60,486 nt of DNA from an uncultured Candidatus Saccharibacteria bacterium. GTDB lineage: Bacteria; Patescibacteriota; WWE3; 2-01-FULL-39-13. The notes under the pieces were generated by a model. It did no database searches. It was not told the origin of the DNA and saw nothing but the letters and a program-made list of their open reading frames with translations. Shown piece after piece: positions 8,289-17,800 of the stretch. The position numbers and the translations under genes are program-made. The stretch is taken from the NCBI GenBank assembly GCA_964510925.1, contig CAZEDS010000002.1, positions 32,482 through 92,967 on the forward strand, read 5' to 3'. Numbering within the stretch: position 1 is the first letter of the stretch; every line of letters begins with the position of its first letter.

Positions 8289-10580
8289 TTACTTTTTCTT
8301 TTTTATCACTTCAATTTCGGCTTCGGTTATTATTTTTCTAGTCAGATAAGCGGTATCTGCTGAAACTGAAATTGATGAGATTCCCCATTTTACTAATTTT
8401 TCTGCTAGTTCTGGATAAGTTGTTGGTGCTTGTCCACAGATAGAAGATTTTATATTGTTAGCCTTTGCTGTTTTTATTGCTTTTTCTAATAGCCATAAAA
8501 CAGCTGGGTTTCTTTCATCATAAATGTGTGCGATTTTTTCGTTGTCTCTATCGATACCCAATGTTAGCATCGTTAAATCGTTTGAACCAATAGAAATTCC
8601 ATCGATGCCTTCTTTTATAAAATCATCTAGCATTAAAACACATGATGGAATTTCAACCATTAAATAAAGTTCGAAACTGCCTTTTCGAGTGAGTCCGAAT
8701 TTTGATAAGAGTTTTTTGACTTCTATAAGTTCTTCGACTGTTCTTACAAAAGGTAGCATTAAGTGCAAATTTTTATAACCAAGTTCGTTGCGAATTTTTT
8801 TGATGGCTTCGATTTCTAGCCTGAATACTTCTTGATCTATTAAATATCGAGAAACACCACGATAACCGATTAATGGGTTGTTTTCTTCGCCTTCGTATTT
8901 ATCGCCACCCTTTAGTGATCGATACTCGTTAGTTTTGAAATCTGTGGCACGATAAATAACAGGGCGTGGATCAAATTCTCTGACAAAAACTTCAAGACCT
9001 TTTACCAAGGCATCTGTGAATTGTGAACCTTTGCCTTCTTCGATAAATTTTTTTGGATGTTTGCCTATTTCTGCGATCATGAATTCAGCTCTTAAAAGCC
9101 CGACTCCGTCAACACCCATTTGTGCAATTTTTTTTGCTTGGTCTGGTTCTCCTAAATTCACATAAAGCTTTGTAGCAGTTTTTACGCTTCGGTATTCGGA
9201 ATAATCGCGGTCAACTTCTGCTGACTTTAATTCTTTTGCATAGTCTCCGGCGTAGATTTTTCCTTGGAATCCATTTACCGTTATTACTTCTCCATTTTTA
9301 AGCATTTTTGTTGCCATATCTGTACCTACAACGGCTGGGATTCCTAATTCTCTTGAAACGATTGCAGCATGCGATGTTGCGCCTCCTCGATCAGTTACAA
9401 TAGCGGATGCTCTTCTCATCGCTGGAACAAAATCAGGATTTGTCATTTGTGTTACAAGAATATCTCCTTGTTTGATTTTTGAAATTTCACTTGCCGCAGA
9501 AATTATTTTTACGGTTCCTGAAGCGATCCCAGGTGAAGCTGGCATTCCTTCAAGCAAAATATCTTGAATTGGTATTGAAAGCTCAACTTTTTGTTGTTTT
9601 GCGTTTTCTTTTGTATTTTTTTGTAGTGTGGTGATCGGTCTTGTTTGAACAATGTAAATTTTTCCACCTTGCATACCCCACTCAATATCTTGTGGTCTAC
9701 CATAATGTTTTTGGAGCTTTAGTCCAATTTGCGCCAACTCAATTATTTGTTTATCAGGTAATTTTTGCTTTTTTTGGTAAGCTTTTGAAATTGCGATTCT
9801 TCCCGCTTTAGTTAGCTGCCAGGTTTGCGGGACGATATATCTTTTTTCAATCTCGAATCCTTTTTTTGAAAGAATGTATTGATCTGGAGTGATTGTTCCT
9901 GAAACTACAGTTTCGCCTAGACCATATGCTGCTTCGACAGAAATTTCTTCTTCATTATTTGTCATTGGGTTAACTGTGAACATGATGCCTGAAACTTCAC
10001 TTTGAACCATTATTTGAACTGGTACAGCTATTCCAATTTTAAAGTGGTCATATTTTTGTTGCACCCTATAATAAATTGCTCTTGCTCCAAAAAGTGATGC
10101 CCAACATTTTTGTACATACTCAACTACATCTGACCATCCTGTGATATTTAAAAAAGTTTCTTGTTGCCCGGCAAAACTTGCGTCTGGCAAATCCTCTGCT
10201 GTTGCAGAAGATCTTACTGCTACATATTTATCTGTATTGCCACATAGCTCGTGATACGATTTTTTTATATCTGTTTTTATTGACTCTGGTATTTTTGCCT
10301 GAATGATTGCCTTTTTAATATTGTCTGATGCTTTTTGAAGTGCTTTGGAATTTTCTACATCCAAACCACTGAGTTCATCTTTGATGAATTCAGCGAGTTT
10401 TGTTTCTTTTATAAATCTATAATATGCGGTTGAAGTTACAACAAATCCATTTGGTACTGGAATTTTTGCGTTATACATTTCTCCCAAGTTCGCTCCTTTT
10501 CCACCTGCTAACTCGAGGTCATTTTTTGAAATCTCAGAAAAAAACAGGGTTGTTTTTTGAAACTTAGTTTGTATAGGCAT
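8289..10580 (-). CDS. ppsA: Phosphoenolpyruvate synthase
   Basis: GGKGANLGEM, AVRSSATAED, ASFAGQ, phospho-His TSHAAIVSRELGIP, GLLRAEF, IGSNDLT, ICGQ. Confidence 0.95.
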   Translation of the reverse strand: MPIQTKFQKTTLFFSEISKNDLELAGGKGANLGEMYNAKIPVPNGFVVTSTAYYRFIKETKLAEFIKDELSGLDVENSKALQKASDNIKKAIIQAKIPESIKTDIKKSYHELCGNTDKYVAVRSSATAEDLPDASFAGQQETFLNITGWSDVVEYVQKCWASLFGARAIYYRVQQKYDHFKIGIAVPVQIMVQSEVSGIMFTVNPMTNNEEEISVEAAYGLGETVVSGTITPDQYILSKKGFEIEKRYIVPQTWQLTKAGRIAISKAYQKKQKLPDKQIIELAQIGLKLQKHYGRPQDIEWGMQGGKIYIVQTRPITTLQKNTKENAKQQKVELSIPIQDILLEGMPASPGIASGTVKIISAASEISKIKQGDILVTQMTNPDFVPAMRRASAIVTDRGGATSHAAIVSRELGIPAVVGTDMATKMLKNGEVITVNGFQGKIYAGDYAKELKSAEVDRDYSEYRSVKTATKLYVNLGEPDQAKKIAQMGVDGVGLLRAEFMIAEIGKHPKKFIEEGKGSQFTDALVKGLEVFVREFDPRPVIYRATDFKTNEYRSLKGGDKYEGEENNPLIGYRGVSRYLIDQEVFRLEIEAIKKIRNELGYKNLHLMLPFVRTVEELIEVKKLLSKFGLTRKGSFELYLMVEIPSCVLMLDDFIKEGIDGISIGSNDLTMLTLGIDRDNEKIAHIYDERNPAVLWLLEKAIKTAKANNIKSSICGQAPTTYPELAEKLVKWGISSISVSADTAYLTRKIITEAEIEVIKKKK

Positions 10581-10613
10581 TAACAAAATGTTAGCACATT
10601 TCCGTTTATCCGT

Positions 10614-10718
10614 TTTGAAGGTCGCACCTTGATTTGTATTGATATTTCAACAAAAACATTTTTAGCCACAAAACATAAATGTTGAAATATCAACCATTAT
10701 AAAGGTGCGACCTTCAAA
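10614..10718. repeat. REPIN/MITE-like palindromic element, copy 2
   Basis: 17-bp IR TTTGAAGGTCGCACCTT (10614-10630/10702-10718) and 14-bp inner IR (10639-10652/10680-10693); same GGTCGCACC core and nearly the same length as copy 1. Confidence 0.85.
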
Positions 10719-10722
10719 TTTG

Positions 10723-11139
10723 CTAAAGCCATTTTTTTATGGCTTGTTTTAGGGTTTTATAGCTTGATTCCAAAGTAGGAGCTGACGGTGAAAAATCGAG
10801 CTCGTGTGCAATTTTGTTTCTGATTTTATGGGCTTCCCAAATTTTTTGGTAGTCGTTCCAGTCATAGTGTTTTGTTGCAGACATTAACCGCTCACCTAGC
10901 GTCTCACCTTTAATGTTATTCATTTTTAAAACATAGTCTAAAAGTTTGTCGGTTTCTGTTACTACGTTTTTTAAATGGATCGTATCCGAAGATTTGCTCA
11001 TTGCATCAAGTTCTGTAAGTTTTTGTGAAACTTTCAGTTTCCACTTTGTGTTTTTTGCTTTGCCTTTTAGAGCAATTGAAAAAAAGACGCCAAAAATAAA
11101 AACGAGAAAAAGTGATAAGAGCAGTATGGAATTTTCCAT
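10723..11139 (-). CDS. Hypothetical protein with N-terminal TM helix
   Basis: 138 aa; ETDKLLD..GETLGERL..WEAHKIRNKIAHE resembles a recurrent CPR family with an RxxxxH motif. Confidence 0.75.
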   Translation of the reverse strand: MENSILLLSLFLVFIFGVFFSIALKGKAKNTKWKLKVSQKLTELDAMSKSSDTIHLKNVVTETDKLLDYVLKMNNIKGETLGERLMSATKHYDWNDYQKIWEAHKIRNKIAHELDFSPSAPTLESSYKTLKQAIKKWL

Positions 11140-11144
11140 TTTTG

Positions 11145-12497
11145 TTAATTTGCTTTAATTATATTTTCGACTTCGCTTGTTATTTTTGCAACTAAATCTT
11201 GCGATTTGGCTTCAATGTTTAAACGGACAAGTGGCTCAGTGTTTGATTTTCGTAAGCTCATATGCCAATCTCGATCTTTATCAAAAGCGATTCCGTCGAG
11301 TTTGTCTGCTACTAATCCTTGTGATGTATAAAAATCTTCGACTTTTTGGATTGTGGTATCAGCATTTTGCACTGTGTAATTAATTTCTCCGCTTAAAAAG
11401 TATTTTTTCTTGTATTCAGTCATGATGTCTGAAAGGTTTAAGTTCTTTTTTTGTAAATTTTCTAACATTAATGCGATCGTTAAAAATGAGCTATCTGCAT
11501 ACGCAGTATCTTTGTAATAAAAATGTGATGAAGTTTCTCCTCCAAAAACTGAATCTTCTTGGCGCATTCGTGCTTTGATAAATGAATGACCAGTTTTTTC
11601 TAATAATGGTGTTCCACCGTTTTCACGGACTTTATCTTGGATTGCCCAGTAGACTTTTGGTTCGTGAACAATTTTTGAGTTTGGGTATTTTTTTAGCATT
11701 AGCTCTGCAATTATTGCTACAACAAAATATCCAAGAAATGCTTCGCCAGTATTATCTACAAAAAAGCAGCGGTCGGCATCTCCATCTAAACCAATGCCAA
11801 GGTCTGCATTTTCGGCTTTTACTCGAGCTGCTAAAGCTTGAACATTTTCTTCTTTCATTGGGTCTGGAATATGGTTTGGGAATGTTCCATCTGGTTCAAA
11901 ATACATAGGGATAATCTCAAGGTTTGTGTTATTGAGTATTCGTTCTAGCATGTATCCGCCCATGCCATTTCCTGCGTCTACAACAATTTTGAATTTTTTC
12001 AGAGATGAAAGATCAACTAATGAATTAATTTTTTCTCTGTATGCTGAAAAAACTTCTTGGGTTGTTATGCTTGGCTCAACATGTGTTGTTTGAGATTCTA
12101 ATGCTAACGCAATTTCGGAAATTTCCTTTAGGCCAGTCTCGATTCCTATTGGGTAAGCACCTTTTGAAACCATTTTCATTCCACAATATTGAGGTGGATT
12201 ATGTGAGGCTGTAAGCATAATTCCTGATTCGTAGTTAAAGTGTCCTACAGCAAAATACATCATCTCTGTTCCAATTAAGCCAAGGTCTACTATTGAAGCT
12301 CCTGCATCAGCAATTCCTTGGTAAAGGCTTGGTTTTAATTTGGGATTCATTGTACGCATGTCGTATGCAACAGCGACTTGTTTAACTTTTAGATGTTTTA
12401 CAAAGGCATAACCAATTTTATATACACCGTCTTCATCTAATTGGTCTGGGTATGTTCCTCGAATATCATAAGCTTTAAAAATACTTGGATTCAACAT
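11145..12497 (-). CDS. manB: Phosphomannomutase/phosphoglucomutase
   Basis: FKAYDIRG, TASHNP, DGDADR, GETSSHFY, SNTEPLVRLNIEA. Confidence 0.92.
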   Translation of the reverse strand: MLNPSIFKAYDIRGTYPDQLDEDGVYKIGYAFVKHLKVKQVAVAYDMRTMNPKLKPSLYQGIADAGASIVDLGLIGTEMMYFAVGHFNYESGIMLTASHNPPQYCGMKMVSKGAYPIGIETGLKEISEIALALESQTTHVEPSITTQEVFSAYREKINSLVDLSSLKKFKIVVDAGNGMGGYMLERILNNTNLEIIPMYFEPDGTFPNHIPDPMKEENVQALAARVKAENADLGIGLDGDADRCFFVDNTGEAFLGYFVVAIIAELMLKKYPNSKIVHEPKVYWAIQDKVRENGGTPLLEKTGHSFIKARMRQEDSVFGGETSSHFYYKDTAYADSSFLTIALMLENLQKKNLNLSDIMTEYKKKYFLSGEINYTVQNADTTIQKVEDFYTSQGLVADKLDGIAFDKDRDWHMSLRKSNTEPLVRLNIEAKSQDLVAKITSEVENIIKAN

Positions 12498-12667
12498 ATT
12501 TGTTCCTTTCTGTTTAAAAAATGACTAATATCACACCTATTGTGCGTTTTATAAATGTTATTTTACACCATTCTATCTTTATTTATTCAATAAAGTCCTT
12601 CAAAGTATTTAATTTTAATTATAAAATGTTCAAAGAGATTCCTCCTGCAACTCTTGCCTGAAAGTTT

Positions 12668-14809
12668 TTGATGTTATCCATATCTAAATCAATATTTTTA
12701 TTTTTAATATTCGCTTTATTGAGCGTTCATAAAGTTTACGCAATGCCAACTATTGGGTGTGTTGGAGGTACGAATATTAATATTGTCGCTCATGCGGATG
12801 ATGATTTGTTGTTTTTGAATCCTGATATTTTGCACGATATTAAGGCTGATATTTGTGTATTAACGCTAGTTGCAACTGCAGGTGATGCGAATCTTGATAG
12901 TTCATATTGGTTTTCTCGTGAATCTGGATTAAAAGCCGCATATGCAAATATGGCAAACGTCGAAAATACTTGGGTGCAATCAGATGATTCAATTAATAAT
13001 CATACAGTTAAGACTTTTAAGCTTGTTGATAAGCCGACTGTCTCTATCGGTTTTTTAAGATTGCCCGATGGAAATTGGGATGGCAGTGGGTTTTCAAATA
13101 ATGGCTATGAGAGCTTACAAAAGCTTTGGACTGGAAATATTAGTAGTATTAATACGTTGGATTCAAATAGTTCATATACAAAAGAATCTTTAATTGAAAC
13201 ACTCAATGGGCTTATGCAGTTGTATTCGACCCAAAATATTCGTACTCAAAATTACGTAGATTCCTATAGTGAAGCAGACCATAGTGATCATTATACGATT
13301 GCATATTTTGTAAATGAGGCTAGTAAAAGATATCAATCTCAACATAACTTATTGCCATATTTTGACTATGAAACACAAAATATGGAAGTTAATGTTTTTG
13401 GTGAAGACTTAGTCCAAAAGCAAAATGCATTTATGGCTTATGCAGCAAATGACAACCAATTGTGTCAAACATTATCTGAGTGTATGAATAGAAATTATGG
13501 CCAATGGTTGCAACGACAATATCAGATAAATAAAAATAATAATTCAAGCCCTAACGAACTTTTGCAAACTGGTTGGAATTTTTCTGCAAACAGCGGGTCA
13601 ATCGAAAAAGATTTGGCTTTGAATAACAGATCATTTTCGGGTACTTCGAGCCTCGAAATTAAGTTAAATTTACATGGAGCAACTTTTGGCACTGGTGAAG
13701 ATGAGGCTTCAATAATTTTTATTCAGGATAATTTATGGAAAGCAGTCAATATTACAAGGTTTGTTCAGAATGGTTCGGTTTCGGAGCAAACTGTTACGAT
13801 CCCATTAACGGCTTTTTCTGCAATAGGTGATCCAAATAATCGATTAGACATTAACCGTGCGATTTCTAATTTACATGTTAGATTTTGGAATAATAATTTT
13901 TATAATGTTGATATTTTGAGTATAAAATTATCAGATGAAGTTGTTTTTACACCAACACCGGTAGTGACCCCTACTCCAAGTCCTTTGCCTACACCTGTAT
14001 TTAGCAGACAGTTGATTCAGAGTCCATGGATTTTTAATGGAGACAATGGTTCAGTTGAGAAAGATCAGCAGATTAATAGCAATTCTTTGAGTGGTGTTAC
14101 AGGTGTTCGGATCAGAATAAATTTAAATGGTAATCGCTTTGGCCTTGGTGAAGACGAAGCATCATTAATTTTTATTCAAAACAATACGTGGAAAGCCTTA
14201 AATATTATTAATTATATTGAAAATGGATCAAGTAATATGCAACAGGTTGATATCCCGATTACTGCTTTTAGAGCGATTGGAAATTCTATCAATGTTTTAG
14301 ATGTTCAATCGAGTGTTTCGAATTTGCACGCAAGATTTTGGCATAATAATACTTTTAATGTTGTAATTGATGGTATTGAATTGATTACATCAGAAGTTGA
14401 TCAATCTCCTTCACCAACGAATAATTCCGTTCGCTTGATTAATTCAGATTGGAATTTATCCGCTAATAATGGTTCTTCAGAGCTTGATACTCAAATACCT
14501 GATAATGCATTTCAAAATAAATCAAAAGTAAAAATTAAGATTGATTTAAGAGGCAAAAGCTTTGGATCTGGTATTGATGAAGCTTCAATTATTTTTATAC
14601 AAAATGGAGATTGGTATGCTGTTAATATCACTGGGTATGTTGAAAATGGTAAAAATGGTTCGCAAGAAATAACTATTCCATTAGATAGATTTAAAAAAAT
14701 TAATGATTCATCTCAATTGGATCTTTCTAAAACAATTTCAAACTTGCATACAAGATTTTGGAGTGATTCAAGCTTTGATATTGAAATATCAGTAATTGAC
14801 CTTGAGTAA
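12668..14809 (+). CDS. Secreted PIG-L/LmbE-family deacetylase with three tandem beta-rich repeat domains
   Basis: Signal peptide; VAHADDDLLF, TAGD, DHSDH motifs; three repeats of about 125 aa at 13556-13936, 14009-14392, 14432-14806. Confidence 0.8.
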   Translation: MMLSISKSIFLFLIFALLSVHKVYAMPTIGCVGGTNINIVAHADDDLLFLNPDILHDIKADICVLTLVATAGDANLDSSYWFSRESGLKAAYANMANVENTWVQSDDSINNHTVKTFKLVDKPTVSIGFLRLPDGNWDGSGFSNNGYESLQKLWTGNISSINTLDSNSSYTKESLIETLNGLMQLYSTQNIRTQNYVDSYSEADHSDHYTIAYFVNEASKRYQSQHNLLPYFDYETQNMEVNVFGEDLVQKQNAFMAYAANDNQLCQTLSECMNRNYGQWLQRQYQINKNNNSSPNELLQTGWNFSANSGSIEKDLALNNRSFSGTSSLEIKLNLHGATFGTGEDEASIIFIQDNLWKAVNITRFVQNGSVSEQTVTIPLTAFSAIGDPNNRLDINRAISNLHVRFWNNNFYNVDILSIKLSDEVVFTPTPVVTPTPSPLPTPVFSRQLIQSPWIFNGDNGSVEKDQQINSNSLSGVTGVRIRINLNGNRFGLGEDEASLIFIQNNTWKALNIINYIENGSSNMQQVDIPITAFRAIGNSINVLDVQSSVSNLHARFWHNNTFNVVIDGIELITSEVDQSPSPTNNSVRLINSDWNLSANNGSSELDTQIPDNAFQNKSKVKIKIDLRGKSFGSGIDEASIIFIQNGDWYAVNITGYVENGKNGSQEITIPLDRFKKINDSSQLDLSKTISNLHTRFWSDSSFDIEISVIDLE

Positions 14810-14811
14810 TG

Positions 14812-17800
14812 TTAATCTACAAAATGTTTGCCTCGATTTAATAGCCAAACTCGTATAAATGGGAATGCTAACCAAAGCATTAATAGCCAATAGCGCTCTT
14901 GTTCAAATGCAGAATACAAGCCTATTACAAATGAAGTTATTGCAAAGAAATCAAAATAATATGCAAATTTTCTTTCAAAATTTAATTTTGCCATTTTGAG
15001 AATTGTAGGATTTTTTGAAGTTCTAAAATTATCTAATGGAATATTATAGTTTATAATTGTTTTTCCGCTTGTGTTAAATATTTCACCTAAGTAGTTATAG
15101 TCGGATGTATCTTTATTTGCTTTTATTATTGTTGATGGAAAGCTAAATCCGTTTTTTTCAACAAACATTTGGTAGATTCCTTTTTTAACCAAAAAAGAAT
15201 ATCTGCCTTTTTTTCCTGTTGTTTCAGTTGCTATTAATTTTTTGTTTTTATCAGTTAAGAATACTTTAGCTTCTGCTATTGGATCTTTTGATATTGAATC
15301 ATATACAAATCCAACTGCTTTGAAATATCCAATTATAGGTAAATATCTATGAATTTTATTTAAAATTTTCCAAAGTGTTTCATTTTTACTTAATAAAGGG
15401 ATTAGATTTACGTAATTAACTATTAATAACAAGATTAATAGTTTTGGCATGTATGCTGATAGTCCATTAATGAATGGGAATTTCTCATAAATTAATTTTG
15501 TTGTATTTGTTGCTACACCTAAAATTTTTCCAATTATAATTTTGGTGATTATTTCCGGATTTTGGTTCTCTGATTGCTCAATTTCAGTTGAGAAATTGTC
15601 TTCTGGAGTTGGTGTAATGCTTGGAGTTATTTCAGCCAATAAATCCGAATTTGACTCTGGAGTTGGTGTAACTAAAAGTCCGTCGTCTTCAGTTATTGTT
15701 GGTTCAATTGTCGGTGTTGGTGTTGGACTTGCACTTGCACTGATAACTGGTTCAGGTGTTGGTGTGATTGTTGGAGTTGGGTCGATTATTTCTGTGAATT
15801 TGGTATGGTTTCCGGCATTATCTCTTGCGTCTAATACTATACTTGCGATTGATCCAACCTGTACATTTTTAATTTCTAATAAATGTTCTTGAGCGTTTCC
15901 ATTGCTAAAAAATTCGGCAATTTTTTCTTTGTTCGTATTATAAACATCGCCGGATATATCAACTGATTTGTTTAAAATTACTACTGGGTTTGTAATGTTT
16001 TCAAACTTTGTAACTAAGAATTTAATTGGGGCTGTATCAATTGTAAATGCTACTTTGCAATCGTTATAACATGCAAAATCACTTTGATTTCCATGTTCAT
16101 CAATTGCTTTTACTTTTACATAGTAATCTCCATCTTCAAGCTCTTGCCCTTTTTTACCTTTGTCATATTGACCATTATCTAGGCTTTGTCCAACATTGAA
16201 AGAACGATTTTCATCTGAAGAATCTTTTGATCTGTATTCTACGACTATATTTTCGTCGTCGAATTGTGGTTTTGTTGAAATTAATATTTTAAAAGAGATT
16301 TCGTCAGCATCTGGATCCGTTAATTTAAATTTTAAAGTGGGTGTTTTATCTGAAAATGAACTACCGATTTTTTCGTCTTTTATTTTAAGTGATGAAGGTT
16401 TATTTGGATTATTTCCACTGCTTGGCGTTGGTGTTGGAGTAGGAGTTGGCGTCGGAGTTGGTGTTGGTGTTGGTTCTGATGATCCGCCATCATTTGAAAG
16501 AATTGTATACGTGTATACGGTATTGGCTCCAAGTGTTGCATTTGTAGGTGATGATATTGTGAATTCAATTGTTTCATCGTTTTCACCTGTTGCATCATCG
16601 AGAATGGTTAATGGTAAATATGCATAAATATCTTCTGCATAAATAGTTATGGTTGATCCTGATAATGTGTAGTCACTGCCTAAGGTTGCTGTACCTCCAG
16701 TAACGGTAAATGTTACTGATACATCTTGATTTGATATTAATGTTGATTCTAATTGTATTGTTGGTGCTGTAACTGATTCGGCTCCAGATACTGATGTATT
16801 TGTGAATTGTGTTACGGGAGTTTCCGTAGAGCCGTCACCAAATTGTCCGAATCCAAATTGTCCATATTGAGTTAGTGTGTCTCCATTTATTGAATAATAT
16901 AAACCGGAAGAATATAAAGTATCAAAAAAGACTTCAATATCATATGTGCTTGGATAATCATCGACACCTGAATCCCATGAAGTTATAGCCCCAGTCGTTT
17001 TGTTAACTTCGGCTAATGAAAATCTTGTAGCACTATTTAGGGTCGTATAATAACCACCTAAAAATATCGAATTACCATCGGCTGCAACATCGATTGCTAC
17101 AATTCCATCATCAGCTTGTGGGTCCCATGCTGTAATTGTTGGTGGATTATTTGTTGTGTCGTATGCTGCACCGTAGCCTCTAGTGTTTCCAGAAAAATCA
17201 GTGTCATAATCAGAGCCAACATACAATAAATTGTTAAAAGGGTTGAAGGCAATTGCATTGATGTCATATACGCCGGGGTTCCAGCTTGTAATTGTGTATG
17301 ATGGCAATGAAAATCCAGCTGCACCTCCTCTTAATTCAGCTCCAACCTGTGTAAAAAAACCGCCAACATATAAAATATCGTGGTTTGTATCTACGTCAAA
17401 TGTTAAAACGGTAAAGTCAAAATTGGGATCCCAAGAATGTAATGAATTATCTGCAAGATCGAATGCAGCTCCATAATTTCTTATTGTACTTGCGATATTA
17501 TTGAAATCACCTCCAACGTATAATATGTCTTTATATACTTTTAAGGCTTTAACAGTTGAATCCGGTGCTGGAGAAAATGAACCGACTGTACCTGTTGTTG
17601 CTGAAATGACTGCTAAATTAGTTCTAGCAGTAGCCCCATTGTTGAGCGAGGTTATATCGCCTCCGATAAAAATATCGTCATCATTTGAATCGATTGCATA
17701 CACAATATCGTTAGGTGCTAAATCTGGATTCCAAGTTGAATCGACTACTCCACTTTGATTTAATCTTGCGATACCATACCTGGCGGCACCTCCAATACTT

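Noticed and set aside
15542-16627. Val/Gly-rich plus-strand ORFs (15542, 16196; also 27104, 29512, 30385)
   Set aside because: Antisense shadows of Pro-Thr linker codons in real minus-strand genes.
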